A stretch of 64,000 nt of DNA from the human T2T-CHM13v2.0 reference genome, Homo sapiens: NCBI RefSeq assembly GCF_009914755.1, contig NC_060932.1; one strand, 5' to 3'. Position 1 is the first letter of the stretch. Every line of letters begins with the position of its first letter. Below are positions 36,472 to 54,303 of this stretch, piece after piece. The translations under genes were made by a program, and so were the position numbers. The notes below the pieces were generated by a model, which did no database searches, had not been told where the DNA came from, and saw only the letters and a program-made list of their open reading frames with translations.

Positions 36472-37165
36472 TAACTTGGTTCCTTAAAAAGCTGTTGTGG
36501 TGGCTAACGCCTGTAATCCCAGCAATTTGGAAGGATGAGGCAGGCAGATTGCTTGAGACGAGGAGTTTGAGACCAGCCTGGGCAACATAGGAAGACCCTG
36601 TCTCTACAAAAAAAAATTAAAAATTAGCCAGACGTGGTAGTGTGTGGCTGTAGTCTCAGCTACTTGGGAGGTTGAGGCAGGAGGATCACTTGAGCCCAGG
36701 AGGTCAAGAGGCTGCAGTGAGCTGTGACTGTACCACTGCACTCTAGGCTGGGAGACAGAGCAAGACCCTTTCTCCAGAAAAAAAAAAAAAAAAAAAAAAG
36801 AAGACTGACTGTGACATAAGATAGTCTTTAAAACTGTCAAATAAATTGTTATTGTCTTATATGAGGACAAGAATATTCTGATCTTTCCTCAAGTCAAGAT
36901 CTCCAAGGTATTAAGCTCAGGTTATATATGTTATTATATATTATATATTCTGATTTTTAAGTCAAATTAAACTTTGGTTATGTTTTCCTTCAGCATTGAA
37001 TATGAATTTTGTCAGTTTCTATAGAAGTTTACAATTTTAAATTTTCTTTTTTTTTTTTTTGAGGCTGAGTCTCACTCTGTCGCCCAAGTTGGAGTGCAAT
37101 GGCACCATCTCAGCTCAATGCAACCTCTGCCTCTCAGGTTCAAGCAATTCTTCTGCCTCAGCTAA

Positions 37166-37399
<234 letters not shown>

Positions 37400-37782
37400 T
37401 GATCTGCCCACCTCGGCGTTCCAAAATGCTGTGATTACAAGCGTGAGCCACCATACCCGGCCAATTTTTGCATTTTTTTAGTAGAGATTGGGTTTCACTG
37501 TGTTAGGCAGGCTGGTCTTGAACTCCTGACTTCAGGTGATCTGCCCTCCTCAGTCTCCCAAAGTGCTGGGATTACAGGTGTGAGCCATAGCACCCGGCTC
37601 AAGCCTCGTGTTTTCCTGTCCACGGAGATAATGCTTTAATTTTTTGGGTCTCATAATGGCTTGCTAATATTTTTCTACTGATATGCCATCAGGGTAAAAA
37701 AAGGAAAAAGGAAAAACAATTGTGAATAGAATAAAGTTGATAGAAAACATCTCTTTAGAAATTGTCTGTTGTGTTTGACCAG

Positions 37783-37905
37783 GGTGATGAAGGTACAAGT
37801 CAGACATCTTTTGAAACATCAAACAGAGAAGCAGCAAAGAGCCAGAACTTGCCTAAACCTTTAACTGAATTTCCGTCTCCTGCTGAACAGCCCACATGCA
37901 AGGAG
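37783..37905 (+). CDS. UBXN8: UBXN8 exon 5
   Basis: GACCAG| acceptor; GDEGTSQTSFETSNREAAKSQNLPKPLTEFPSPAEQPTCKE; donor GAG|GTAAAG; 123 nt. Confidence 0.94.
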
Positions 37906-38406
37906 GTAAAGTACTTCATGCCTCTCATTGAATTGTGTCTGTGTGCAGTAGGAGTATTGAACTCTGGGTGAGGTGGTATACTGGGTGAAGATCAGGACTG
38001 GCCTTTCATCCAGATGGTGTCTTCCCACTGCCTTACAAAGCAATCACCCCAGAATAGGCCGGGCATGGTGGCTGACACCTGTAATCCCAACACTTTGGGA
38101 GGCCGAGGCCGATGGAGGTTGAGGCCAGGAGTTTGAGACCAGCCTGGCCAACATGGTGAAACCCCATCTCTATTTAAAAAAAAAAAAAAAGAATAATTTT
38201 CCCTGTTCAATATTAATGATGTTCTGAATCCAACTTGGAAGCAATAAAGACAAATGATAATAGGTTTAGAAAATACTCAATTCTTAGCCAGGCACTGTGG
38301 CTCATGCCTGTAATCCCAGCACTTTGGGACATGAAGGCAGGCAGATCACCTGAGGTCAGGAGTTCAAGACCAGCCTGGCCAACATGGTGAAACCCCATCT
38401 CTACTA

Positions 38407-38568
<162 letters not shown>

Positions 38569-39136
38569 TCAAAAACAAAAAACAAAAAACAAAAAGGGCT
38601 GGGCATGGTGGCTCATGCCTGTAATCCCAGTAGTTTGGGAGGCCGAGGTGGGTGGATCACGAGGTCACGAGTTCAAGACCAGCCTGGCTAAGATGGTAAA
38701 ACCCCATCTCTACTAAAAATACAAAAATTAGCCAGGTGCAGTGGCAGGCGCCTGTAATCCCAGCTACTCAGGAGGCTGAAGCAGGAGAATCTCTTGAACC
38801 CAGCGGGGTGGAGGTTGCAGTGAGCCTAGATTGCGCCACTGCACTCCAGCCTGCGCGACAGAGTGAGACTCCGTCTCAAAAAAAAAAAAAAAAAAGAATT
38901 GATATTTTTTCTTTGTTTTTTTGAGACAGAGTCTCACTCTGTCGCCCAGACTGGAATACAGTGGTGAAATCTCAGCTCACTGCAGGCTCTGCCTCCTGGG
39001 TTCACACCATTCTCACCATTCTCCTGCCTCAGCCTCCCGAGTAGCTGGGACTACAGGCGCCCACCACCCCACCCAGCTAATTTTTTTGTATTTTTAGTAG
39101 AGACGGGGTTTCACCATGTTAGCCAGGATGGTCTCA

Positions 39137-39244
<108 letters not shown>

Positions 39245-39855
39245 TTATGTAAAAATGAAAAATATAATGCTTACGAAGGGAAGCATTCCTATTAACTTAA
39301 GAACATTATCAAGCCCTATCTTGTGAGTGGCTAATAGCTGTTATTAACATGAGTGTATAATTTTCCTTACTGGCCCTTCTAGGGAATAGATTAGCAATCA
39401 GTCACTTTGGATTAGTGCCCAGGTTTATTATACATGTTGTTCATTCAAATCTTCAATCCTTAACTAAGTTAATTCCAATTGGAGCTGGAAAAGATTAGAA
39501 ATAAGAAATCTGTTTTTACTGGCCCTTAGGGAAAGCTGGGAGGCTGTCTATTCCCTGAAAATAGTTTCTAAGATATTGCTTCTCAATCTGAGATTTCCTG
39601 GTCCCATAGTGGAGATTGAGCAGGGGAATCAGATTATTGAACTATCACTGACCTTTGAAAAAGATCGATATGAACTAAACGGACTGATTAAAAATTCATG
39701 TTTGTGTTTTGTTAATGACACTGTCTTATGCTGATGGCAGATTTTACTTGACAGTCACATATGCTTTTGATACCAAAGGAAAACAAATGAGTTATTTAGC
39801 AAATGCAGGTAAGGTTAGATTAAATGTTATAAAATATACTCTATGGTATTAATAA

Positions 39856-40191
<336 letters not shown>

Positions 40192-40241
40192 TGAGCCACC
40201 ACGCCCGGCCACAAATGTCTTAATGAAAGAAAATGGTCTAA

Positions 40242-40412
<171 letters not shown>

Positions 40413-40811
40413 TAGCTCATTTTTGTATTTTTAGTAGAGATGGGGTATCACCATGTTGGCCAGGCTGGTCTCAAACTCCTGACCTCAGATGATCTGCCTG
40501 CCTCAGCCCCCGAAAGTTCTGGGATTACAGGCGTGAGACACCACACCCAGCCCAATATCTGGATTCTTAATAGATTAATGGAAATAGGGAAACATGAGTA
40601 AATGACAAAAGCAACCAAAGTGAATGGTTTCTGGCAGTCACCTAGGAGTGTGAGTGACAAAAAGTTCATATTCATGTTAAAATGTGTATATGGGCCAGGT
40701 GTGGTGGCTCACGCCTGTAATCCCAGGACTTTGGGAGGCTGAGGCAGGCGGATCACAAGGTCAGGAAGTCGAGACCATCTTGGCTAACATGGGGAAACCC
40801 TATCTCTACTA

Positions 40812-41096
<285 letters not shown>

Positions 41097-41437
41097 TTAA
41101 GATGGAGGCTTGCTCTGTCACCCAGGCCAGAATGCAGTGGCACAACCTCAGCTCACTGCAACCTCTGCTTCATGGGTTCCAAGCGATTTTCCTGCCTCAG
41201 CCTCCCGAGTAGCTGGGATTATGGGCACCCGCCATCATGCCTGGATAATTTTTGTATTTTTGTAGAGACGGGGTTTCACCATGTGAGCCACGCTGATCAT
41301 GAACTCTTGACCTCAAGTGATCCACCTGCCTCGGCCTCCCAGTGTGTCGGGATTACAGGCATGAGCCACTGCGCCCAGCTGATACATGTTAACATTTATC
41401 CTGTTTTTATATGTATGTATGTGTATATGCATACACA

Positions 41438-41440
<3 letters not shown>

Positions 41441-41468
<28 letters not shown>
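41441..41468. repeat. (AT)n microsatellite followed by poly-T
   Basis: Directly visible. Confidence 0.9.
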
Positions 41469-41476
<8 letters not shown>

Positions 41477-41910
41477 TTTTTAAAGTGACAGGGTCTTGCT
41501 TTGTTGCAATGGTTGGCCTTGAACTTCTGAGCTCAAGTGATCTTCCTGCCTCAGCCTCCTGAGTTGCTGGGATTACGGACATGAGCCACTGCATCTGGCT
41601 TGCTTTTTTACATAGTGCATTTTTATATATTAGTAATATTTTGGAACATAATAGAAGCAAAATCCTTTAAGTATGTATAGATTGGGAGCTATTATCTCAA
41701 ATCCTATTTTTATGATTAATTTTTAGCACACTTGCCCAAAAATGTTTATTAATTGAACTATTTTCATTATAAACTCTTTATAGATGTATGAAGAAAAGAT
41801 ATAAGTAAGCTTAGATGTGTGTCTAAACTCTGTATTGAGAGGAACTCTTCTCATTGATACTTTTGCTTGTTGAACATGTTTACATTCCTCTTACCAATAC
41901 TTTTCTTTAG

Positions 41911-41952
41911 ATTCCTGATTTACCTGAAGAACCTTCTCAAACAGCAGAAGAA
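41911..41952 (+). CDS. UBXN8: UBXN8 exon 6
   Basis: TTTTCTTTAG| acceptor; IPDLPEEPSQTAEE; donor GAA|GTAAGT; 42 nt. Confidence 0.93.
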
Positions 41953-42286
41953 GTAAGTCTATTTTTCTCTTCGAAAATTAAACTTATTTTCTATTTTCTT
42001 TGCTTAACATCCATTAAATATGTCTTATCTAAACTTGGGTTTAGAAAGAAGTGATAGCATAAGTGTTCATGTGATTATACTGTAACTAGGTCTTTTTTAG
42101 AACATAGAGACAGGGTCTCACTATGTTGCCTAGGCTGGCCTTGAACTCCTGGGCTCAAGTGATCCACCCGCCTCAGCCTCCTGGGTAGCTGGGTCTTACT
42201 TGGAATGTAGTGTAGTATCAAATTCCTCAACATGAGTACTATTTTGCAAGCCTGCTGTCTGCTGAGTTGTCTTTTTTTTTTTTTGA

Positions 42287-42631
<345 letters not shown>

Positions 42632-44289
42632 TAGGCATATGTCCGAGCACTTTGGGAGGCCAAGAGGGGAGGATTACTTCAGCTTAGGAATTCAAGACCA
42701 GCCTGGGCAACATAGTGAGACGCTGTCGCTACAAAAAGGAAAAAAAAAAGGAAAAAAAACTAGGCAAATGACTTCAAATTGCAGTTCTCCTTTTCAAAGG
42801 AGAAAATGAAGAGGGCGACTACTTTGTAGATGTTTTAATTTAGGGGTGGTTTGCTGTTGGGGGCTGGGCTGGGACTGATCCCCAACTGTGTCAAGCTGTC
42901 TTCTTCCCAGTTGCTGGGTCATAGTCCGTGATGCCTTCCTGTCACTGGCCACCCAACTTATAGACACTTCCTAATGTATGGGGAGCACATACGTGTCTTG
43001 AAAGCCATTAAGTCATTTGGGCAATAAATCCAGAAGGAGAACCTACTTCTTGGGGCTCGGCAACAGTTATACTCCTTGGAAACCTTTTTTTTTTTTTTTT
43101 TTAAAGAGACAGGCTTTTGCTCTGTCTCATAGGCTGGAGTGTCTTGGCACGATCATAGCTGACTGCATCTTCAACCTCTCAGGCTCAAGTGATCCTCCTA
43201 CCTTAGCGTCCCAAGTAACTAGGACTGCAGGCATGTGCCACCAGCCCTGACTAATTTTTAAATTAAAAAAAAATTTTTTTTGGTAAAGATTGGGTCTCAG
43301 TGTTTTGCTCAGGCTGGTCCGACTCCTGGTCTCAAGTGATCCTCTCACCTTGGCCTCCCCAAGTGGTGGGATTATAGGTGTGAGTCACTGTGCCTGATGG
43401 GAAAGTTTTTTGTTTTTGTTTTTGTTTTTGAGACTGAGTCTCACCGCATTGCTCAAGCTGGAGTGCAATGGCACAATCTCGGCTCTCTGAAACCTCTGCT
43501 TCCGGGTTCAAGCCATTCTCCTGCCTCAGCCTCCTGAGTAGCTAAGACCACAGGTGTACGCCACAATGCCTGGCTAATATTTGTATTTTTAGTAGAGATG
43601 GGGTTTCACCGTGTTGGCCAGGCTGGTCACGAACTCCTGACCTCAAGTGATCCGCCCACCTTGGCCCCCCAAAGTGCTGGGATTACAGGCCTGAGCCACC
43701 GCACCTGGCCTGATTGGAAATATTTTCTAACATAGCTTTCCTGAGAGGGAGGGGTGCTGCTCTAAAACCACCACTTATGCCTAATATGATACCCACATAA
43801 CTCCCAGCACAGTTAATGATCATGTTAGTCATAAAGGGTTTCTTGACAGGTGAAAAATAAACACTAATGTGTTATCTTCTCATTTTATAATGTCTTTTTT
43901 TTTTAAAACAGAGTCTTGCTGTGTCATCCAGGCTGGGTGCAGTGGCGTGATCACAGCTTACTGTTGCCTCAGATTCCCTGGGCTCAGGCTATTCTCCCAC
44001 TTCAACCTCCCAAGTAGCTGGGACTAGAGGCGTGCACCCACATCTAGCTAATTTTTCTATTTTTTGTGGCGGGGGGTGTCTCAAACTCCTGGCCTCAAGT
44101 GGTCTGCCTGTCTCAGCCTCCCAAAGTCCTGGGATTACAGGCGTGAGCCACCACCATGCCCTACCTATGTCTTTTAATAATTAGCAAAGCAGTATCTAAG
44201 TCCTTTTTAGCTGCTTAGCTGTTTTATGGAATGAAAGGAATTGCAAAGAGCAATGGATCGGAGTTCTTATGTGAATATTTCTTCCTTAG

Positions 44290-44364
44290 GTAGTTACTGT
44301 TGCTCTCCGATGTCCCAGTGGGAATGTCCTGAGGAGAAGGTTTTTGAAGTCCTACAGCTCACAG
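44290..44364 (+). CDS. UBXN8: UBXN8 exon 7 (UBX domain, N-terminal part)
   Basis: CCTTAG| acceptor; VVTVALRCPSGNVLRRRFLKSYSSQ; donor CAG|GTAAGT; 75 nt. Confidence 0.95.
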
Positions 44365-44661
44365 GTAAGTGAAGGAATTCACATTTTGAGAAATATCTTT
44401 GTTGAATATGGCAGTAGTTTATTCACATGCCGTGGGGGAAGGTGTGATCACACTGTCATCTGCACCTCCCATCAGGTATGGATAAAGGACATTTCCAGGT
44501 ACTCCACGTTGCAGAAATTTGGCTAACTAGGCATGCCTGCCGGATGTCTCTGAATTGTGATCTCTGCATTCACATTTTACTCATTCTTTCCCTTTGGTGT
44601 ATTTTTCCTTTGTTGTTTGCTTTCATTACATTCTCATAATTTGATGGGCAAGATGCTTTTA

Positions 44662-45042
<381 letters not shown>

Positions 45043-45865
45043 TTAGTGATAATTTGGAAAACATGGAAAAGTAGAGCGAGAAAAAAATTTGATCTGTAGT
45101 CTCATGCCAAAACCAGTTACTAACATTTTGGTATATTTCCGTCTCTAAGTACATTTAAACATATAATTATGTGTGCATTAAAAATATATGTAAATAATTT
45201 TCTGTCCTGTTTGTTGTATTTAACCTTCAATGACAAGAATGCTATAAACCGTAATGGAAAATACTGGATTTGACTACATAAAAATTCCGGCCAGGTGCGG
45301 TGGCTCATGCCTGTGAGTAGCTGGGACCAGGCACACACCACCGTTCCTGGCTAATTTTTTATTTTTAGTAGAAATGGGGTTTTGCCATGTTGGCCAGGCT
45401 GGTCTCAAACTCCTGGGCTCAAGTGATCCACCCACCTTGGCCTACCCAAGTGTTGGGATTACAGGCGTGACCCACCACGACCAGCCCATTTTACTATTTA
45501 TGTATGATAGTTATTTTTTATAAGGAACTTAAATCAAGGAAGAGATAAACATCTCAGAAGACTGGCAGGGAAAGAAACACATGAATATCATGATTTCCCG
45601 AAGAAGACTCAGTGATAGATAAATATATGAAAAAAATGTTTGGCCTCACATAGAATCAATGAAGTACAAATAAAATGAAACAGTATTTTCTACTTAACTA
45701 GACTGTCAAAGATTAAAAAGAAATAGTACCCAGATTTGGCAAATGTGTTGGGAAAACAGGGATTCTTAAAACTTTAATAGTTTTTTGGCTGGGTACCATG
45801 GCTCACGCCTGTAATCCCAGCACTTTGGGAGGCTGAGGCAAGCGGATCATGAGGTCAAGAGATCA

Positions 45866-46088
<223 letters not shown>

Positions 46089-46116
46089 TTAATATTTTTT
46101 ATTTTTTTTTAAATAG

Positions 46117-46233
<117 letters not shown>

Positions 46234-46281
46234 TAACTTGTTAATGTGAATGTAAATAAGATCAGTGTTCCTGACAGATAA

Positions 46282-46809
<528 letters not shown>

Positions 46810-47246
46810 TGAGGTCAGAAGTTCAAGACCAGCCTGGCCAACATGGTGGAACCCCGTCTCTACTAAAAATACAAAAATTAGCTGGGCATGGTAGTGGGCG
46901 CCTGTATAATCCAAGCTACTCTGAAGGCTGAGGCAGGAGAATCGCTTAAACCCAGGTGGTGGAGGTTTCAGTGAGCCGAGATCATGCCATCGCACTCCAG
47001 CCTGGGTGACAGAGCGAGACTCCCATCTCAAAAAAAAAAAAAAAAGAATATTCCTATCTCTGAACTCATGGCAAGCTATTTTCCTTTAAGTTCTAGAAAG
47101 TTTCTTTGAAAGGTATGAAACTTCTGTCTCATTACTCCTAGGGATATGATTTTACATTGACAAAATTATAAAATGTTATGGTGGTCTAAAGGGACATGGT
47201 GTGTAAAGTATTTGATAATGACTAAGCCAAGCTTTTCATCTTCTAG

Positions 47247-47414
47247 GTCTTATTTGACTGGATGACGAGAATTGGGTACCACATATCTCTATACAGCCTT
47301 TCTACTTCCTTTCCCAGACGGCCTCTGGCAGTGGAGGGAGGCCAGTCGCTGGAGGACATAGGAATAACTGTGGACACTGTACTCATCCTGGAGGAGAAGG
47401 AGCAGACCAACTAG
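47247..47414 (+). CDS. UBXN8: UBXN8 exon 8 coding part (UBX domain with FPR p97-binding loop, stop)
   Basis: TTCTAG| acceptor; VLFDWMTRIGYHISLYSLSTSFPRRPLAVEGGQSLEDIGITVDTVLILEEKEQTN-stop. The eight exons sum to 813 nt = 270 aa plus stop. Confidence 0.96.
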   Translation, partial: VLFDWMTRIGYHISLYSLSTSFPRRPLAVEGGQSLEDIGITVDTVLILEEKEQTN

Positions 47415-48010
47415 GAAAGAAGGGAGAGCTCCCTGTTTGCATGAAGTCAGTTATGCTATGACCTTCTGGCACAATAAAGGCTTCACTTTCAAATCACACC
47501 ATACCTTGATTGAGCTCATGGCAGTAAACTTTGAACATTGATATCCATGGGAATAGGATTAGAAAAGGATTGCTTTCTATATATAATAATCTGTGGACTG
47601 TGCCATTTTACAGTGTACCAAATGAGAATGAGGTTGAAATGTATGCAGTAAGGTACTCAGTAATTAATTGGTATTTTTTCCCAGCTGACATGATTTCTCA
47701 GTGTTAGAAAACAAACCCTTAGAACTTTCCTTTCTGCCTCTTCAATCCATCTTACCACACAATATTTCATGATTCAAATTCTTCAAAGTCTTATACGCAG
47801 GAATGTTTATTCTGCTGTATTTCTGTGAAATTAAAAACTTGGAAGAAGCTTCAAAGCTCTTGGAGGCTTTAAAGTTCTTTCTGTTGGGTGTGCATTACAG
47901 TTTACTTAACTGATGTTTGCGATTTATATAATTTTGCCTTGTATTAAATGTTACAAAGTTCCAAATGAATCAGTATTTTAAAAAATAAAACTATGAAAGC
48001 ATTAAAATAT
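47415..48010 (+). terminator. UBXN8: UBXN8 3' UTR with candidate polyadenylation signals
   Basis: AATAAA at 47473-47478 and 47984-47989; ATTAAA at 47830, 47943 and 48001; repeat-free AU-rich tract. Confidence 0.7.
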
Positions 48011-48187
48011 AGGTGAATTTTTAAAACTGTATCTATCTCATCATTTCCCTCTCTTGCTTATAAGCCTATAATGATAAAGTCATGCACTGTAACACCAAGT
48101 TCAGACACCAAATGTGGTATAAAAGGCTTTTAACTTTGTTCTACTCACTCCTTTTTTTTCTCATGCTCTGTTTTAAAAGTCTGCTCA

Positions 48188-49111
<924 letters not shown>

Positions 49112-49614
49112 GGTCTGCTCATCTGGCTCTCCTGGGCATTCCCTTTATACCCTTCTGTAGAATTCATCACACTGTATTATAGCTATGTCTTGTTTTCTCA
49201 ATAGGCAATTCCTCAAAGGCAGGGACTGTCTTTTTTGCCCCCAGAAGTACCTACTGTATGTTAGATACTTAATACTTCTTTGAAAATAAACAGTAAGTTG
49301 TCTCAACCTTAAATTAGGGGTGGGAGGGCAGGTTGGTTCTAGAATATCTCACACCAAAAAAAATGAGGCCAAGCGTGGTGGCTTATGCCTGTAACCCCAG
49401 CACTTTGGGAGGGCAAGATGGGCAGATTGCTTGAGCCTAGGAGTTCAAGACCAGCCTGGGCAACATGGTGAAACCGTGTCTCTACAAAGAATACAAAATA
49501 CAAAAATTATAGAATACAAAAATTAGCCAGGCATGGTGGCACATGCCTGTAGTCCCAGCTACTAGGGAGGCTAAGGTGGGAGGATCACTTGAGTCTCAAA
49601 AAAAAAAAAAAAAA

Positions 49615-52600
49615 GTGGTAGTACATCACTTCTGAGATTAGGTTATAATAGACCATGGCTGTCCTGGTGGTCTCTCTTGGGTCCCTCGCTCTAGGGGAAG
49701 AAGTCCTGTTAGTGGCCCCATGGAGAGGCCCACACAGCAAGGAACTGAAGCTTCCTGCCCACAGCAACGAGAGAAAGCTTAGAGGTAGCCCTCAGGTCCC
49801 AGCCAAGTCTTCAGAGCCGGCCACTCTGGCCAACAGCTTGAGTACAACTGCACGCAAGCCGCAAGCCGGAACCACTGGGCTAGGATGCTCCCAGATTCTG
49901 AGCTCTGAGGATTTGTGAGGTAATTTGTGAGGCAGCTAAGTTTTGAGTTCATTTGTAATGGAGCAATATATAACAGATTTGTGTATCTGTTAGCAAGGTG
50001 CTGCCATAACAAAACCCTCCAATGCAGGAGTGGCTTTGGAATCAGGCAGTGGGCTTTGAGGAGAGTGCTGCTGAAAGCCCACAGTGCTTTGAAACTGTGG
50101 ATAAAAGTTTCAAAGTTGGAAGCGGCCATGGTGGTCCACATCTGTAGTCCCAGCTACTCAGGAGGCTAACGCAGGAGGATTGCTTGGTCCAGGAATTTGA
50201 GGACACACTGGGCAACATAGCAACACCCCTATCTCTAAAAAATATTTTTTTTGTTTAGGCATGGTGGCTCATGCCTATAATCTCAGCACTTCAGAAGGCC
50301 AAGGCAGACAGATCACCCGAGGCCAGGAGTTCGAGACCACTCTGGCCAACATGGCAAAACCCAATCTCTACTAAAAATACAAAAATTAGCTGGGTGTGAT
50401 GGCAGGTTCCTGTAGTCCTAGCTACTTCGGAGGCTGAGGCATGAGAATTACTTGAACCCGGGAGTATTCCCGGGAGCTGGAGAAAGGGAAGTCCTGGTGA
50501 GAGGCAGTAAGTTCAGCAACGCTGTCACCCACAGTTGTGTGGAAAGTGGAAAATACAGCTAGCTAATGAATGAGTGATCTAGCTAAATCTGTTTCCAACT
50601 AGAGTGAAAATGCCATTGGTTTCTTCTTGCCTCTTTAATAAAATAAGACAGGAATGAAATAAGCTAAAGAAAGAACTGTTAAAAAAGAAACCAGGGCTCA
50701 CTGGTTTAGAAGATGCACAGCTTCTCCAGGTGGCAAATGATTACACTAACATTTAGAAGTGACTTCAGAGCAAAGATTAAATTCAGAACACTCAGGAAAA
50801 TATGGTTTAAAGATTAAAGTGAGGGTGTAACTATAAAATCCTTTGTTAAAACTGGAGAAGACAAAGGTGGGCCAGGCACAGTGGCTCACGCCTGTAATCC
50901 TAACACTTTGTGAGGCCGAAGTGGGAGGATTGCTTGAGTGCAGGAGTTTGAGACCAGCATGGGCAAGATGGTAAGACCCCATTTCTGCAAAAAATAATTA
51001 GCCCGGCACAATGGCATGTGCCTGTAGTCCCAGCTGCTTGGGAAGCTAAGGTGGGAGTTTTGCTGGGGCCCAGAGATTGAAGCTGCAGTGAGCCAAGACC
51101 ATGCCACTGCACTCCAGCCCGGGCAACAGAACAAGACCTTGTCTCTAAAAGAAAAAAGAAAAATCAAAGTTGATGCCTCAATACGACTCATAGAAGACAA
51201 AGTTTAAAAAATAATTACATCGGGCCAGGCACGGTGGCTCACGCCTGTAATCCCAGCACTTTGGGAGGTCGAGGTGGGCAGATCACGAGGTGAGGAGATC
51301 GAGACCATCCTGGCTAACATGGTGAAACCCTGTCTCTACTAAAAATACAAAAAATTAGCCGGGCGAGGTGGCGGGCACCTGTAGTCCCAGCTACTCAGGA
51401 GGCTGAGGCAGGAGAATGGCATGAACCCCGGGAGGCGGAGCCTGCAGTGAGCCGAGATCACGCCACTGCACTCCAGCCTGGGCGACAGCAAGACTCCGTC
51501 TCAAAAAAAAATAATAATAATAATAAAATAATTACATCAGCAGTAAGCTGGTCAACTTGAACTGAAAGAGACAAAGTAAAAAAAAAACAGGCCTTGAGAT
51601 TTCTAAGATTCTACAGGCAGGAAACAACGTGAGAAAAATGGTTTGCTGTAAATCCACACCACCTTTCATGTAAAAGTATGACTCCTAAGATGAAATCAAG
51701 TCCTCCCAGGGCAGAGTCAAACAGTCTGGAAAGTCATTTCCTGGCAGGAGTATCACTGGGTTCCAGTGCTTACCCAGCTGAATTTCAGAACTGCTTATGG
51801 ACCAGCAGTGTGTGTGCCTTTCATTTGCAGCCTTTCTGAACAGGAGCATCTGGGCATCATGTAACTGTCCCACCATTGCATGCTGGGTGTTTGGAGGGTG
51901 ATAACTTGTCTAGTTCTCAGCCTTGCAGATCAGGAAGAACTGTCTTAGAGCTGTACCTGAGAACCCTAGGGTCGTCATCCGCCCCTGGACCTAACATAGA
52001 TAAGATGAACTCTTCAGCTGATGCTGTGAGCTGATGGGACTGTCTTGTTCCTTGGGAGGGGGTGAATGTACTTACATGTGGGAGGACTGTGGATTTTTGG
52101 GGGATAGAGAGCAGAGTGGGAGCCAGCCTCCAAGACAGACCTCAACGATCCCTCTCTCCCGATATTCAGACCTTGTGCCGTCATCTGTTCCCACTGTGCC
52201 ATGGTTGATCTATAAGACCAATAGAATTGGCCAGGCACGGTGGTTCACACCTGTAATCCCAGCACTTTGGGAGGCCAAGGCAGGCGGATCATGAGGTCAA
52301 GAGATCAAGACCATCCTGGCCAACAAGGTGAAACCCCATCTCTACTAAAAACACAAAAATTAGCTGGGTGTGGTGGTGCGCACCTGTAGTCTCAGCTACT
52401 TGGGAGGCTGAGGCAGAATTATTTGAACCTAGGAGTCAGAGGTTGCAGTGAGCCAAGATCGCGCCACTGCACTCCACCCTGGCTACAGAGCAAGACTCCG
52501 TCTCAAAAAAATAAAAAAAATAAAAAAAACCAACGCAAACCAAACCAAAATGAAAAACACCAACAGAATTAACCAGAAGTCATGGTATGTCTCTTCCTAG

Positions 52601-52850
52601 GTTAGATGATAAAGGACTGCACTTGTTTTGGTTCTCTATCCCTGTCTTCTGTCTTGCTCTAGCTGAAACCATGTTAGTGCACCAGGGAGGACCACGTGCC
52701 AAGGAACTGGAGCCTCATTGCCAGTAGCTCCATGAGCCAGCTGGGAGTGAATCCTGCAGCCTCATGACAGACCTCGAGCCAGAACCATTCAGCTGAGCTG
52801 CTCCTGGAGCCCAGACCCACAGAAACTAGGGGAGATAATGAATGCTGTTT
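49615..52850. mobile_element. MaLR (MLT1-like) LTR and internal fragments broken by Alus
   Basis: MLT1-type motifs (CCACACAGCAAGGAACTGA, AAGTTTTGAG...TTGTAATGGAGCAATATATAAC) near 49620-49975 and 52560-52850. Confidence 0.5.
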
Positions 52851-53521
52851 TGTAATTGCCCAGTGGCTTTCTCCTGCTGTCAGCACAAACAAAAATCAAT
52901 TCACTGAGGCCATAGCTTTGCAGCAAAGGGAGTGTAACTGATGTGAGGCCGACCACGCAGAAGAGGGAGTTAATACTCAAGGATAGTTTGGTGGGCAGAG
53001 GGCTAGGAAATAGGGAATGTTGATCGGTTGGGGATGGACTCATAGGGGTGTGGAAAACAGTCCTGGTGGCTGAGTCCCCCTCTGGGTGGGGCCACAGGGC
53101 CTGTTGAGTCACAAGTTGCAAGCCCAGGTGTGGTCAGTCAGTTGCCTGAATGCAAAAGTCTGCTAAAACGTCTCAAAAGACCAATCTTAGGTTCTACAAT
53201 AGTGATGTTAATTACAGGGGCAACTGTGGAGGTTGCAAATCTTGTGACCTCAGAACAATGGCTGGTTACCATTTAATAACTCCATATTAGCAGAATTCAG
53301 GCCACTCTCATAATCCTAACCTCGTGGGCTTTCATTAGTTTTATGAAGGCAGTTTAGTTTTGGGAAGGGCTAGTATCACCCTTGCTTAAATAAACTAAAC
53401 TCCTCCCAAGATTAACTTGGCCTATGCCAGGAATGACCAAGGACAGCTTGGAGGTTACAAGCAAGATGAAGTCAACTATGTCAGATTTCTCTTACTGTCT
53501 TAATTTTGCAAAGGCAGTTTC
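52851..53521 (-). mobile_element. LTR8-like ERV1 solo LTR nested in an MLT1 LTR
   Basis: Reverse complement begins GAAACTGCCTTTGCAAAATT (LTR8-type start) and ends ...GGGCAATTACA. Confidence 0.65.
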
Positions 53522-53673
53522 TCTTTAAGCTGTTATGTTTTGGGAACATGTGTTATGGCAATAGATAATTCTTTATAGGAAGTATTCAGGGCATTTTCCC
53601 CAACAATATGAAAAGGCCCTTAGGAACGACATTTACTTTTCTGGGTAGATGGTTTCTTTTCTCTAGCTGTTGA

Positions 53674-53985
<312 letters not shown>

Positions 53986-54012
53986 TAGGCTCTATTTTTT
54001 TTTTCCTTATAG

Positions 54013-54303
<291 letters not shown>

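Noticed and set aside
47218-47227. ARE-like ATGACTAAGC (core also at 27834-27842)
   Set aside because: The first coincides with the likely exon 8 branch point and the second arises at an Alu/TSD join; neither has the flanking GCA or a promoter context.
49655-50169. Non-Alu-looking ORFs of 80-120 aa
   Set aside because: They lie within MaLR LTR/internal sequence and show no recognisable domain.
50457-50477. CCCGGGA-GTAT-TCCCGGG mini-palindrome at an Alu truncation
   Set aside because: Likely a small repair scar with no functional indication.
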